A stretch of 64,000 nt of DNA from Coprothermobacterota bacterium (GCA_036679065.1 JAZIGN010000001.1:32001-96000); one strand, 5' to 3'. Shown: positions 1 to 9,825, counted from the stretch's first letter. A program made the numbers and translations. Notes: generated by a model from the letters alone, not told the origin.

Positions 1-752
1 AAGATGTCATCTCTTGCTGATTCACAAGCTTGTAAAGCAAGCCTGTAATAGGTTTGTTGCGTGTCTTCTTTTATTTTTGAGCTGCCTGGAGTGAACTCTG
101 GTCTTTCCATATGCCTAACGGGATCCACCAACGGTGAAGGAATGTCAACATTCCTAAGGAAGCTCTCCAACACTTTACCGTCAATCGGGCCGGCCATTGC
201 CACGCATGGCTTTTGGTAGATTAACTTTTCCCAAAAACTGTACAATCTGGTTTTGGTGGCATTCTCGATGTCTTTACGCCTGCCAATAACGTCTTCACCC
301 AAACGATGGCCATTCCACATGGTTTTTTGCAAGTGTGAATAAGCTCTTTCCTCGGGCTGGTCTTGTGCCATCTGGATTTCGCTTATAACAACCTGTTTTT
401 CAGTGGAAAGGGCGGTTTCTTCTAATAGAGGCTCGTAAGCCAAGCTGAACAAAACTTTCACAGCATTCTGCCAGTAGTTTGCAGGTACGGTTGCTGTTAG
501 GTATATGGCATCATAAGTAGTAAAACCGTTGTAACGTCCGCCCACGCCTTCTATCTCCATGGCTAAATCCTTGCTCGTTGCGTAGGTGCGCGTTCCTCTA
601 AAGAGCATGTGCTCCAGTAAATGTGCGTATCCGTATTGGCCTTCTTCTTCAGCCATGGCTCCGCCTGGTATGGCAATGGTTATAGAAAAAACGCTAGTGT
701 CTCTTTTTACGTAAAGCGAAGGAAATTCAGTGTTCAATGTTTCTATGTTCAT
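1..752 (-). CDS. M16 family (insulinase-like) zinc metallopeptidase, truncated by the window edge
   Basis: Read by hand, not in the ORF track because the stop lies outside the window. ATG at 752 with an AGGAGG SD. Translation contains GYAHLLEHMLFRGTRTY (inverted zinc motif HxxEH) and YNGFTTYDA. Confidence 0.9.
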   Translation of the reverse strand, partial: MNIETLNTEFPSLYVKRDTSVFSITIAIPGGAMAEEEGQYGYAHLLEHMLFRGTRTYATSKDLAMEIEGVGGRYNGFTTYDAIYLTATVPANYWQNAVKVLFSLAYEPLLEETALSTEKQVVISEIQMAQDQPEERAYSHLQKTMWNGHRLGEDVIGRRKDIENATKTRLYSFWEKLIYQKPCVAMAGPIDGKVLESFLRNVDIPSPLVDPVRHMERPEFTPGSSKIKEDTQQTYYRLALQACESARDDI

Positions 753-803
753 TTCTTGCCTCCTTTGATCTGCAAAATCAAGATACTACTTACTATACGG
801 GTA

Positions 804-1052
804 TTACAAAAAATCATCTGTTTTCTTGATTCTTTCTTGGAGTTCTGCTTTTGAGGGGCGTTCCACGTTTATCACCACATAGCGCGTATAAGCCACAGGT
901 GTATCCACTTCGATCATGTCGTCGACTTTCACAGGATCCGATTGTTTTGCTAATTTGCCGTTTATTTTAACGTAACCTGCCTGAATTATTCTTTGTGCTA
1001 ACGTGCGTCGCTTAATGATACCGCTTTCTTTGAGAAACTTATCCAGCCTCAT
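804..1052 (-). CDS. RNA-binding S4 domain protein (YabO/RqcP/Hsp15-like)
   Basis: MRLDKFLKESGIIKRRTLA...GYVKINGKLAK S4 signature; lies directly downstream of mazG, as in the yabN-yabO arrangement. Confidence 0.9.
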   Translation of the reverse strand: MRLDKFLKESGIIKRRTLAQRIIQAGYVKINGKLAKQSDPVKVDDMIEVDTPVAYTRYVVINVERPSKAELQERIKKTDDFL

Positions 1053-2097
1053 TCTTTGATTCTTCCCACAGCGTTTCTAGATCATTTTCAGCTTGATGCT
1101 CAGTTACGTACTTTAGACGCTTCTGGAATTTCTTGCTACTATGAAGAAGAGCATCTTCTGGGTCCACATTTAGTAGCCTGGCTAAGTTTACTACCGTGAA
1201 CAGAAGGTCACCTACTTCGTCCTTCATACTCTTGGTTTGTCCGCTCTCAAAAGCATAGCGAAGTTCTTCAAACTCTTCGTCAAGTTTGTCTTTTAGCTGC
1301 ATAGGGTCTTCCCAATCCAAGCCGTGGTGATGAGCTTCATCTTGCAGGCGAAGTGCCCAGGTAAACACGTTGGGTGGGACAGATTCGTCATCGCTATTTT
1401 TACCTTTACGTTCCTGCCATTTGCTTAATACGGTGGCTGCATCAGCGTCATGATCAGATGCAAACACATGAGGATGCCTCGAGATCGCTTTCTCTGAAGC
1501 TTTGGTGAGAACATCTGCCAGTTCGAAGGCGTCATTTTCTTCTGCGATGACGCTATGAAGCAGCAAATGTAGCCACAAGTCGCCCAGTTCTTCAGCGTAA
1601 TTATCCATATCCTGTTTGGAAATAGCTTCCATGAGCTCACTAAGTTCTTCGCGGCTCAATGTGACTAACTGGTACGGCGTAACTTCACGGTCCCATGGGC
1701 ACCTTTCTCTGAGGGTTTCGACTATCTTCTTAAAGCGCATGAACTGAAAACCTACCGTTTTGGGCAGTGTGCAGTGGCAATCAGAACTTCCAAATGAGGG
1801 GGGCTCTGGTAACTCAAAAACGCTCTGCAACTCCAAGGCGGCTCTCTGAGGGGTATAACCTAAACTCTGCAAGAAAAGATTCGAGAAAAACAAAGCATTT
1901 TCCAAATTGCTAGTCACTACCACAGTGCCATCTTTGTTAGTTAGGAGGCCTTTCCAGACATCTGCCAAAACCTGCTGCCAGTCAATCACTTCTCGCGGTA
2001 AGCGTATTTGTCCACACTTTTCTTTACTGGTTCCTTCTGCTTCTGTCTCTGTCTCAACACACACGTCCAATCCTTTTATGACCTTATATCGCTTCAT
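1039..2097 (-). CDS. mazG: MazG-family nucleoside triphosphate pyrophosphohydrolase with N-terminal extension
   Basis: CPWDREVT, EELGDL, RHPHVF and DEVGDLLF: two MazG domains. Confidence 0.9.
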   Translation of the reverse strand: MKRYKVIKGLDVCVETETEAEGTSKEKCGQIRLPREVIDWQQVLADVWKGLLTNKDGTVVVTSNLENALFFSNLFLQSLGYTPQRAALELQSVFELPEPPSFGSSDCHCTLPKTVGFQFMRFKKIVETLRERCPWDREVTPYQLVTLSREELSELMEAISKQDMDNYAEELGDLWLHLLLHSVIAEENDAFELADVLTKASEKAISRHPHVFASDHDADAATVLSKWQERKGKNSDDESVPPNVFTWALRLQDEAHHHGLDWEDPMQLKDKLDEEFEELRYAFESGQTKSMKDEVGDLLFTVVNLARLLNVDPEDALLHSSKKFQKRLKYVTEHQAENDLETLWEESKNEAG

Positions 2098-2106
2098 ATT
2101 AACATC

Positions 2107-2135
2107 TTACACCAGCGCAGGATTCTTGGTATAAT
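2107..2135 (+). promoter_or_regulatory. Sigma70-type promoter for hppA
   Basis: TTACAC-N17-TATAAT with a TG extended -10 motif, upstream of the GGAGG SD. Confidence 0.6.
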
Positions 2136-2181
2136 TCTAGTTATGTTATATTAACTGAAAGTTAAAAGGGGAGGGGAGAGT

Positions 2182-4182
2182 GTGCTCGAGTTTTTTGCGG
2201 TTGCAGTGCTTTTACTGCTCACGGTTATTCTTAACGCTCGCTGGATTCTGGGCATAAAAGTGGAAAACGCTTTAGCAGCACAGATAAGCGGTCACATCCA
2301 CGATGGTGCAAAGGCGTTCTTGTCCAGTGAGTACAAGGTTATGTTTCCATGGATTGTTGTACTTTTTATTGTACTAGCTCTGCTCACAGGTTATAAGTCA
2401 GCTATTGCCTTCTTGGCAGGTGCTCTATTCTCCATTGCGGCGGGCTACATTGGTATGCAGATCGCTACATTGGCAAATGTACGCACCACAGAAGCTGCTA
2501 GGAGAGGCAGTGGAGATGCGCTTTCTGTGGCTTTTTCAGCTGGATCAGTCATGGGCATGACCGTAGTTGCCTTCGGTTTACTAGGGCTGGGGCTTGTGGT
2601 TTTCGTTTTTGGTGGTTTTGAAAAAGCCGGAGGCATTGTTAGTAGTTTTAGTTTGGGCGCTTCTTTTGTCGCTTTATTTGCTCGTGTGGGTGGTGGCATT
2701 TTTACTAAAGCTGCTGACGTTGGGGCTGACCTAGTAGGAAAGGTTGAGGCTAACATACCCGAAGACGACCCCCGAAATCCCGCAGTCATCGCAGATAACG
2801 TTGGTGATAATGTGGGTGATGTTGCCGGTATGGGAGCAGACTTGTACGAGTCCTATGTGGGGTCCATCGTCGCTTGCATTGTTTTGGCTTTGGCTGAGAA
2901 AAACATGGTCGGCTTAAGTTTTGTTTTGTGGGCCGTGTCTTTGGGTGCACTTTCCTCCTGGTTCACCATATTACTTGTGAGAGGCATATCCTCTCGCTCC
3001 CGCATGGAGCCTGCGAACGTGTTTAGAATGGGTAGTATATTGGTGACGCTGCTGGCTGTGGGTTTTGTTTGCCTTATTCCCATGTGGACTGGTGCAAGCT
3101 GGTCATATGTTGTTTCAACGGTGGCAGGCATGATTGTGGGCATAGCCATTGGGTTTATTACAGATTACTACACCATGGGCGCGCCCATAAAGGAAATAGC
3201 TAAAGCTAGCGAGACTGGAGCAGCTACCAACATTCTTTCTGGTATGGCGATTGCCATGCAATCCACCTTTTTGCCGGTCTTGCTGGTGGGCCTAGCCACA
3301 ATTGTCGCGTACCTCAGCGCAGGACTGTTCGGTATTGCTTTAGCTGGCGTTGGTATGCTTTGCACTCTGGCGTATTCTTTGTCGGTAGATGCCTATGGTC
3401 CCGTGGCTGATAACGCTGGGGGCATAGCTGAGATGGCGCATTTTTCACCTCAGGTGCGTGAGGTTACTGATGGTTTGGACGCTTTAGGTAATGCCACTGC
3501 TGCCATGGGGAAGGGTTTTGCTATCGCTTCAGCCGCACTAACGGCATTGGCTCTGTTTGCTGCATTCAACAGTGCTGTGGGGATTAGGGCTTTGGATGTC
3601 TCAGACCCCAAGGTGCTCACAGGGGTCATGGTAGGAGCGGCTTCACCGTTTCTTTTCTCTTCCATTGTCATCAACGCCGTTTCCAGGACTGCTTTTGTCA
3701 TCGTAAAAGAGGTCAGACGTCAGTTTAAAGAAATTCCTGGTTTGCTTTCAGGCCAAGCCAATCCAGATTATGTAGTCTGCGTGAGTATTAGTACTAGTCA
3801 TGCTCTTAAAAACATGGTAGTACCTGCTCTGTTGGCACTTATTCTGCCTCTGGCTTCCTACTTCTTGCTTGGTGTTGAAGGGGTCGGTGGCGTACTTATT
3901 GGCCAAACTGTTAGTGGATTTGTGATGGCCGTTTACATGGCAAATGCAGGTGGTGCTTGGGATAACGCAAAGAAGCTTATCGAAGGTGGTTTCTTGGGTG
4001 GTAAGGGTTCTGAGGCTCACCATGCCGCAGTAATAGGTGACACGGTGGGTGATCCGCTAAAGGATACAGCTGGCCCCTCCATTAACATACTTATGAAGTT
4101 AAGCACGGTAGTGTCCCTCATCCTCATACCCATTTTTGTGCAAATGGGCTTGCCCGTGCTCATCGATCTATTTGCAAAATAA
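2182..4182 (+). CDS. hppA: Membrane-bound pyrophosphatase, K+-dependent, probably Na+-translocating
   Basis: GGGIFTKAADVGADLVGKVE, EDDPRNPAVIADNVGDNVGD and GDTVGDPLKD. GNATAA has Ala (K+-dependent signature). DLYESY places Glu where Na+-PPases typically have it. Confidence 0.93.
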   Translation: MLEFFAVAVLLLLTVILNARWILGIKVENALAAQISGHIHDGAKAFLSSEYKVMFPWIVVLFIVLALLTGYKSAIAFLAGALFSIAAGYIGMQIATLANVRTTEAARRGSGDALSVAFSAGSVMGMTVVAFGLLGLGLVVFVFGGFEKAGGIVSSFSLGASFVALFARVGGGIFTKAADVGADLVGKVEANIPEDDPRNPAVIADNVGDNVGDVAGMGADLYESYVGSIVACIVLALAEKNMVGLSFVLWAVSLGALSSWFTILLVRGISSRSRMEPANVFRMGSILVTLLAVGFVCLIPMWTGASWSYVVSTVAGMIVGIAIGFITDYYTMGAPIKEIAKASETGAATNILSGMAIAMQSTFLPVLLVGLATIVAYLSAGLFGIALAGVGMLCTLAYSLSVDAYGPVADNAGGIAEMAHFSPQVREVTDGLDALGNATAAMGKGFAIASAALTALALFAAFNSAVGIRALDVSDPKVLTGVMVGAASPFLFSSIVINAVSRTAFVIVKEVRRQFKEIPGLLSGQANPDYVVCVSISTSHALKNMVVPALLALILPLASYFLLGVEGVGGVLIGQTVSGFVMAVYMANAGGAWDNAKKLIEGGFLGGKGSEAHHAAVIGDTVGDPLKDTAGPSINILMKLSTVVSLILIPIFVQMGLPVLIDLFAK

Positions 4183-4188
4183 AACAAA

Positions 4189-4240
4189 AAGGCGAGAGGG
4201 AACTCTGTAATTCACAGTGTTCATGATATCCTCTCGCCTT
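4189..4240. terminator. Long hairpin, probable bidirectional terminator between hppA and rnpB
   Basis: AAGGCGAGAGG ... CCTCTCGCCTT inverted repeat with an A-tract on the left and a T-rich tract on the right, between convergent transcripts. Confidence 0.65.
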
Positions 4241-4267
4241 CTTATTCCATTTTACAGTGGCAACTAC

Positions 4268-4639
4268 GAGTAGACGGTAAGCCGAGTTCTGTTCCCACCA
4301 AAACCGCGTTGCCTTCAAAAGCTTTGGTGGGTGGCAACCATTTATCTTGGCTTGCTGTTGCCAGCAAGCTCCAGCGGCCTACCCGCCAGCTCGCCGAGCA
4401 GGGTCACAGCTGGCTGCTTGGCCTTGCTCCGGATGGGGTTTACCGTGCCAGCACTGTCGCCAGTGCTGCGGTGGGCTCTTACCCCGCCTTTTCACCCTTA
4501 CCTACCCAAACATTTGGGTAGGCGGTTTGTTTTCTGTGGCACTCTCCTTGAGGTCGCCCTCACTGGGTGTTACCCAGCATCCTGCTCTGTGGAGCTCGGA
4601 CTTTCCTCAACCTTTTGGTTGCGGCTGCCTCGTCTACTC
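4268..4639 (-). ncRNA. rnpB: RNase P RNA, bacterial type A
   Basis: Minus strand has the universal GAGGAAAGUCCGAGCUC and 3' ACAGAACUCGGCUUA motifs, plus AGAGUGCCACAGAAAA. The P1 ends GAGUAGACG/CGUCUACUC pair. Confidence 0.97.
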
Positions 4640-4965
4640 TTTACATATTCTACCATGCTTGTCCAATGTGACTCAATATCGTAATATTCCCTGGCTCTTT
4701 GCGTGAAAATGTGAACTACGATGTCGCCTATGTCCACAAGCACCCAATCACCTGGAGTGTAACCTTCAACGCGGTAGGTGATGTTCTTTTTATCCAGTAG
4801 CTCTTCCAATGAGTCTGCCAGTGATTGGCTATGGGTGAGTGAGTTCGCAGTGCAAATAATGAAATAATCTGCTATGGTGTCCAGGGCTCTTATGTCAACG
4901 ATTTTTATGTTTTCGGCTTTTTTCTCGTCAAGAAGCCTCTGAATGGCTTCCACGTCCTGATCCAA
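4570..4965 (-). CDS. rsfS: Ribosome silencing factor RsfS (Iojap)
   Basis: DEKKAENI, ADYFIICTANS, WVLVDIGDIVVHIF and REYYDIE motifs; follows nadD. Confidence 0.93.
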   Translation of the reverse strand: MDQDVEAIQRLLDEKKAENIKIVDIRALDTIADYFIICTANSLTHSQSLADSLEELLDKKNITYRVEGYTPGDWVLVDIGDIVVHIFTQRAREYYDIESHWTSMVEYVKSRRGSRNQKVEESPSSTEQDAG

Positions 4966-4998
4966 CGTCTGTTCACCTCCTTTCTTTTCTTTTTTGCT

Positions 4999-5580
4999 CT
5001 ATGGGTAGTAAAGGTGGTTTTCGTGAATATATGTTTCCACTGTTTTTGGTACTAAATAAGTTATGGGTTTTCCCTCAGCTACTCTTTGTCTTATGTACGT
5101 CGAGGAGACGTTTATCGGCGTCATGTCCGTAAAGATGGCTTCTGCTTCTGGTCTGGCTACAGTTATTGGTTTTCTCGGAACTACGATGAAAATAGCGTTT
5201 TTTACGAGTAAGTCATACCTGCGCCAGTTGTGCAACTCTTCCCATTCATCACTACCTAATATGAAGTAGGGTTTTTCACCAAGTACGTGTTTTACTGACA
5301 AAATGGTTTCATATGAATATGTGGGTCTGGCTTCTCTTTCCAATTCCATGAGTACAAATTTGGGTTCCTCTTTTAGCGCCATCTCCAACATGTTGACGCG
5401 GTGAAAGTAGGGGACTTTCGCGCTGTCTTTGTGTGGAGGTATGTGAGTAGGGACAAACCAAACCCTGTCAAGATTAGCGGCTTCCATGGCTAGGTAGGCC
5501 ATGAACAGGTGACCTATGTGAACAGGATCAAAAACACCTGCAAGAAGGCCAGTTCTAGAGGATTTCAAAGGCTTTATCAT
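4999..5580 (-). CDS. nadD: Nicotinate-nucleotide adenylyltransferase
   Basis: GVFDPVHIGH (HIGH motif) and VSSTYIRQRV; obg-nadD-rsfS synteny. Confidence 0.95.
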   Translation of the reverse strand: MIKPLKSSRTGLLAGVFDPVHIGHLFMAYLAMEAANLDRVWFVPTHIPPHKDSAKVPYFHRVNMLEMALKEEPKFVLMELEREARPTYSYETILSVKHVLGEKPYFILGSDEWEELHNWRRYDLLVKNAIFIVVPRKPITVARPEAEAIFTDMTPINVSSTYIRQRVAEGKPITYLVPKTVETYIHENHLYYP

Positions 5581-6814
5581 GTATGACTACGGTTTCTCCT
5601 TCTTTTGCACCCATTTGCCTTAGCATTTCCTCAAGTTTCTTACGTCTTATCTCTCTTTGTACATACTGAAAATCCCAAGGTTGGGTGGTATCGTATCTGG
5701 ATATGTACCGTGCCCATCTGCCTTCAACTAACCAGTATTCATCTTCTCTACGAATGGAGAAATCCTCTGGCAAAGGTGGAAGCTCCATTGTTATGAATTC
5801 TGCAGTGGGTTCCTCTGTTGATAATGTGGGCGAAATAAGTTCAAATAAAACGTCTACTAATTGATTAGTGCCTTCACCTGTGGCCGCGCTTGTAAGCACC
5901 ATGTGTGATTCTTTGTCAGCAAACTGCACTTTTAGCTGATCAATGTGCTCTGGCTGCAGCAGATCGATTTTGTTTAAAACTAGAACTCGCGGTTTTTCCA
6001 GTAAGTTAGGGTTATAAGCTCGAAGCTCACCAATAATCGTTTCATAGGCTTGCATGGGTTCATAACCATCGATGGCTGCTGCATCAATGACAATGGCCAG
6101 TACTTTGGTGCGTTCAACATGCCTTAAGAAGGTTAGGCCAAGTCCTTTTCCTTCATGAGCTCCCTCTATGAGCCCTGGAACGTCGCTTACTACAAATGAT
6201 TGTTCAGCCTTTTTAACAATTCCCAGTACTGGAGATCGCGTGGTGAAGGGGTAGGGAGCTATTTCTGGTTTTGCCTTACTTATGACGGATATGAGTGACG
6301 ATTTTCCAGCGTTAGGTAACCCCACAAGCCCCACATGGGCAACCAGTTTTAGTTCTAAACGGAGTCTGCGCATTTCTCCTTCATGCCCCAGCTCACGGAA
6401 ACGCGGTGCTCGTCTAGTGGCAGTAGCCATGCGCGCATTGCCTTTTCCGCCTCGACCGCCTCTAGCTACCAGCAGTTTCATTCCTGGTTTGTCCATATCG
6501 ACCACAGTTTGAGTTTCCAAGTCAGCAACTATGACGCCCACTGGTATGCGTATGAAGAGGTCCTTTCCATCTTTCCCGAACTGTTTTTGAGATCTACCTG
6601 GTTCACCGTCTTCAGCCCGAAACTCCTTTTGGTACTTGAAGTCATACAATGTGAGAAGGGCAGGGTCGGTTACCAGGTATACATCGCCGCCTTTGCCCCC
6701 ATCTCCGCCGTCAGGTCCGCCTTTTTCAATGAATTTCTCACGACGAAAAGAGGCGGCTCCATCGCCGCCCTTTCCACCATAAACAATGATTTCCGCAGTG
6801 TCAATGAATATCAT
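5555..6814 (-). CDS. obgE: GTPase ObgE/CgtA
   Basis: Gly-rich Obg fold (GGPDGGDGGKGGD) plus GLPNAGKS, YPFTT, DVPG and NKID G-motifs. Confidence 0.97.
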   Translation of the reverse strand: MIFIDTAEIIVYGGKGGDGAASFRREKFIEKGGPDGGDGGKGGDVYLVTDPALLTLYDFKYQKEFRAEDGEPGRSQKQFGKDGKDLFIRIPVGVIVADLETQTVVDMDKPGMKLLVARGGRGGKGNARMATATRRAPRFRELGHEGEMRRLRLELKLVAHVGLVGLPNAGKSSLISVISKAKPEIAPYPFTTRSPVLGIVKKAEQSFVVSDVPGLIEGAHEGKGLGLTFLRHVERTKVLAIVIDAAAIDGYEPMQAYETIIGELRAYNPNLLEKPRVLVLNKIDLLQPEHIDQLKVQFADKESHMVLTSAATGEGTNQLVDVLFELISPTLSTEEPTAEFITMELPPLPEDFSIRREDEYWLVEGRWARYISRYDTTQPWDFQYVQREIRRKKLEEMLRQMGAKEGETVVIHDKAFEIL

Positions 6815-7074
6815 TACTTTTGTTCGTTAGGAATCACACTGACGAATTTCTTTCCGCCTTTTTTCTCGAACTGAACTACGCCTTCAGCCAGTGCGAACAA
6901 GGTGAAATCCTTTCCCTGACCTACGTTTTTCCCTGGCCAGAAACGATTTCCTCTTTGCCTAACGATGATGCTACCGGGTTTTACTTTTTCTCCGCCGTAA
7001 GCTTTCACGCCCAAATACTGCGGGTTAGAATCTTTGCCGTTTCTTGAAGAACCTCCGCCCTTATGATGTGCCAT
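6814..7074 (-). CDS. rpmA: 50S ribosomal protein L27
   Basis: [16 protein letters not shown]...GSIIVRQRG; no N-terminal extension. Confidence 0.97.
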   Translation of the reverse strand: MAHHKGGGSSRNGKDSNPQYLGVKAYGGEKVKPGSIIVRQRGNRFWPGKNVGQGKDFTLFALAEGVVQFEKKGGKKFVSVIPNEQK

Positions 7075-7080
7075 GGTTTC

Positions 7081-7401
7081 TTATCCCTCCGTTAACACAG
7101 ACGTTTTAATGCCATTGATTCGCAAAATGGTGTAACGTATCCTGTGTGATTTTTTCCTGTGGTAATTTACTTTCGCTTTGAAACGTCTCACCTTGATTTT
7201 CTTTGTACGAATCTGCTTCACGGGTTCGAACTCTATCTCAGCGCCTTCCACAAAAGGTGTTCCCACTACCGTATTCGCTTCGTCCTTTACCATGAGGACT
7301 TTTACTTCCTCCGGTTTGATTTCTTCCCAGCCAGGTACTAGTATGGTTGAGTTTTCCTTTACTTTATACTGTTTTCCTCTAATTTCCAGTAAAGCGTACA
7401 T
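7081..7401 (-). CDS. rplU: 50S ribosomal protein L21
   Basis: MYALLEIRGKQYKV...HRIRYT; directly upstream of rpmA. Confidence 0.95.
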   Translation of the reverse strand: MYALLEIRGKQYKVKENSTILVPGWEEIKPEEVKVLMVKDEANTVVGTPFVEGAEIEFEPVKQIRTKKIKVRRFKAKVNYHRKKSHRIRYTILRINGIKTSVLTEG

Positions 7402-7432
7402 GCTTGTCAGGTCCTCCTTTTAATACATATTT

Positions 7433-7520
7433 TGGCGGAGGGGGTGGGACTCGAACCCACAAGGCCCTTCCGGGCCGCCGGATTTCAAGTCCGGTGCCTT
7501 ACCAGTTAGACTACCCCTCC
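7433..7520 (-). tRNA. tRNA-Ser (anticodon UGA)
   Basis: GGAGGGG...CCCCUCC-G-CCA acceptor, anticodon arm CCGGA-CUUGAAA-UCCGG, long variable arm, GUUCGAGUC T-loop; 88 nt with encoded CCA. Confidence 0.96.
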
Positions 7521-7596
7521 ATCTTATTATGGTTATCAAGGTATCCAATTACAGCAACATATATATTAGCATAGATAAAGCAACATCTGCAACTTG

Positions 7597-8220
7597 CTAA
7601 CTGTTACCTGCGGCAGCCTTCTTTTGTTCCCAAGGTAAAAAGGTTTTGTTTTCGCTTCCAGCCATGAGTCGGCGGATATTGTCCTTATGGCGCCACGTAA
7701 TGAAGAATGCTAGAAAAAGAAGTGCCCACGGGAAGAATGGTAATATGGCAAATGCAAAGATAAAGACGGACCAAATTCCCAGTATGGATCCTAAGGAAAC
7801 CCAGCGAGTGGGTAAGAAAGTCACCAGCCAAACCGCCACGAACATTAGCACCAATCTTATATCAAAGCCTAGTAAAGCTCCTACGCTTGTAGCAACACCT
7901 TTACCACCCTTAAACCTCAGAAACACGGAAAAACAGTGTCCGATTATGGGCGCTAAAAACAGTAGCCATTGCTGGAGAGGCGTCAGCCCTGAGAAATAGT
8001 GAAATGCCAAGTATGACGGTATAAAGCCTTTTGACAGATCTAGAAGTAAAGTCATGGCACCAAAGACTACGCCGAGTGCTCTGTAAACATTTGTGGTACC
8101 GATGTTCCCAGACCCAATTTTCCTGATATCAACGCCTTTACTTAAGGCGATCAAATAACCGAAGGGCATGGCACCATATAGATAAGCTCCTACTAGACCC
8201 AATAAGTAGTAGTAATTCAC
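7597..8220 (-). CDS. plsY: Glycerol-3-phosphate acyltransferase PlsY
   Basis: GSGNIGTTNVYR, FKGGKGVAT and RHKDNIRRL motifs. Start revised to the GTG at 8220, which follows GAGGAGGT. Confidence 0.95.
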   Translation of the reverse strand: MNYYYLLGLVGAYLYGAMPFGYLIALSKGVDIRKIGSGNIGTTNVYRALGVVFGAMTLLLDLSKGFIPSYLAFHYFSGLTPLQQWLLFLAPIIGHCFSVFLRFKGGKGVATSVGALLGFDIRLVLMFVAVWLVTFLPTRWVSLGSILGIWSVFIFAFAILPFFPWALLFLAFFITWRHKDNIRRLMAGSENKTFLPWEQKKAAAGNS

Positions 8221-8412
8221 TTTACACCTCCTCTTGTTCCATATGCCTGTAACTACGCTCCACGACACACGCAACTGTAGTCACATTAGCAAATAAGTTG
8301 TTTTTTACCGCATATCGCTTCATCCTATAATATTAGATGATTCCCCGTAGCATTATGTTACACTTTACCATAAAAGAAAACAGAAAAATACTAAGGCAAT
8401 GAGGCGGTGACC

Positions 8413-9756
8413 ATGGTTAGAAAAAACGGCAATAAGCTTGCCTTCTTTTTACTGCTGGCAGTTTTACTTAGTGTGGCGCCAGCACTTAGTTACAGCAACC
8501 ACACGTTAGAGCTTTTTCCAAATAGCTCCACAGCTATTTTCGATGGGAAGAGCTACAAATTGACAGCATCACCAGTTTTGGTGCAGGGGCGCTTGCTGGT
8601 TCCAGTAAGGGACATTTCCGAACTCATAGGGGTAGATGTAAGGTGGGATAACCAAGCCAGAAAAGCGATTGTCACTTTTCCCTATGTTCCAGATTTGGTT
8701 TCGGAAAACCAAACACTAAGAGATAACCTGCAGGACAGTTTGTCGTATCTACAGGTTTTAGACAATCCTGAGATGCAGGCTTTGGTAACTACCATAAAGA
8801 CGATAAAAGAGGAGTATCTGTATCCTGAAAAGACATCCACGGTAGTTTACGCTGCCGCCAAAGGTGCAGTCAATAGCCTCCAAGACCCTTATTCCAGCTT
8901 TTATGATCCCAGTGAGGCAAAACAAATTCTCGAGGCACTTCAGGGTGCATTTGTAGGCATTGGGGTTTACCTACAGGAGTCAGCAAATGGTGTTGTTGTG
9001 GTTAAAGTGGTTCCCGGATCGCCTGCTCAGAAAGCAGGTATGCAAGCTGGGGATCTCATTATCAAGGTGGATGATGTAGATGTGTCATCAGCACCGCTAG
9101 AGGTTATAAGCTCGCTTCTTAAAGGCGAAGAGGGAACTTATGTGAAAGTCACCGTAAAGCGGGCTGATAAGACTTTAACGTTTACTATTCAAAGGCTTCG
9201 CATAGTGGTTCCCACTGTTTCATTAATCATGAATACTACTACCGTTGCTGTGCTCCAGATTGACCAATTCACTGAAACTACTCCTAGCGAATTTAGGCAA
9301 GTCATGGGTAGTGTTAAGGCTCCCAAACTTGTCATTGATTTAAGAGGGAACCCAGGTGGATTGGTGGAGTCGCTAGTAGATGTTGCTGGTATGCTCATGG
9401 GTACAAAACCAGTGTTTTTGTATCGTGATAACGAACAAACAACGGTAATCGATGCGGAGACGCCCCAGATTTATACTGGTAGACTGTATGTTCTGGTAGA
9501 CAAGTACTCTGCCAGCGCTGCAGAAATGCTTGCGGGAGCTCTGCAAGACAATAAAAGAGCCACCATTGTGGGTGAGCGGACATTCGGTAAGGGCGTGGGA
9601 CAAACACTTTTTGATCTTGAGGATGGGTCTTTACTGTATTTGACTACATTCGAATTCCGGACTCCAAATGGCAAAGTTATTAATAACTACGGTATAGACC
9701 CTGACATCAAAGTGGATCCGGCAACTGCGCTAGAGTATGTGCTTCGGCTTCCATAA
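8413..9756 (+). CDS. S41 carboxyl-terminal processing protease (signal peptide, copper-amine-oxidase-N-like domain, PDZ)
   Basis: DLRGNPGG, SASAAE and TFGKG catalytic motifs; PDZ GIGV...GSPAQKAG; N-terminal PVLVQGRLLVPVRDISELIGVDVRWD. Confidence 0.9.
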   Translation: MVRKNGNKLAFFLLLAVLLSVAPALSYSNHTLELFPNSSTAIFDGKSYKLTASPVLVQGRLLVPVRDISELIGVDVRWDNQARKAIVTFPYVPDLVSENQTLRDNLQDSLSYLQVLDNPEMQALVTTIKTIKEEYLYPEKTSTVVYAAAKGAVNSLQDPYSSFYDPSEAKQILEALQGAFVGIGVYLQESANGVVVVKVVPGSPAQKAGMQAGDLIIKVDDVDVSSAPLEVISSLLKGEEGTYVKVTVKRADKTLTFTIQRLRIVVPTVSLIMNTTTVAVLQIDQFTETTPSEFRQVMGSVKAPKLVIDLRGNPGGLVESLVDVAGMLMGTKPVFLYRDNEQTTVIDAETPQIYTGRLYVLVDKYSASAAEMLAGALQDNKRATIVGERTFGKGVGQTLFDLEDGSLLYLTTFEFRTPNGKVINNYGIDPDIKVDPATALEYVLRLP

Positions 9757-9825
9757 GATGGGCTATATAATTAGACCTAAGGGGTGCATATACAACACAC
9801 GTGCCCTATGGATGGAGGTGCACTG

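Noticed and set aside
4309..4706. Three overlapping + strand ORFs (70-119 aa)
   Set aside because: They are the antisense of the GC-rich RNase P RNA, not proteins.
7075..7080. Missing prp/ysxB between rplU and rpmA
   Set aside because: Expected, because this L27 lacks the cleavable N-terminal extension.
7433..7520. Possible selenocysteine tRNA or integration site
   Set aside because: The anticodon is UGA (reads the UCA Ser codon), not UCA. The acceptor stem is a normal 7 bp. No integrase or duplicated 3' end was seen nearby.
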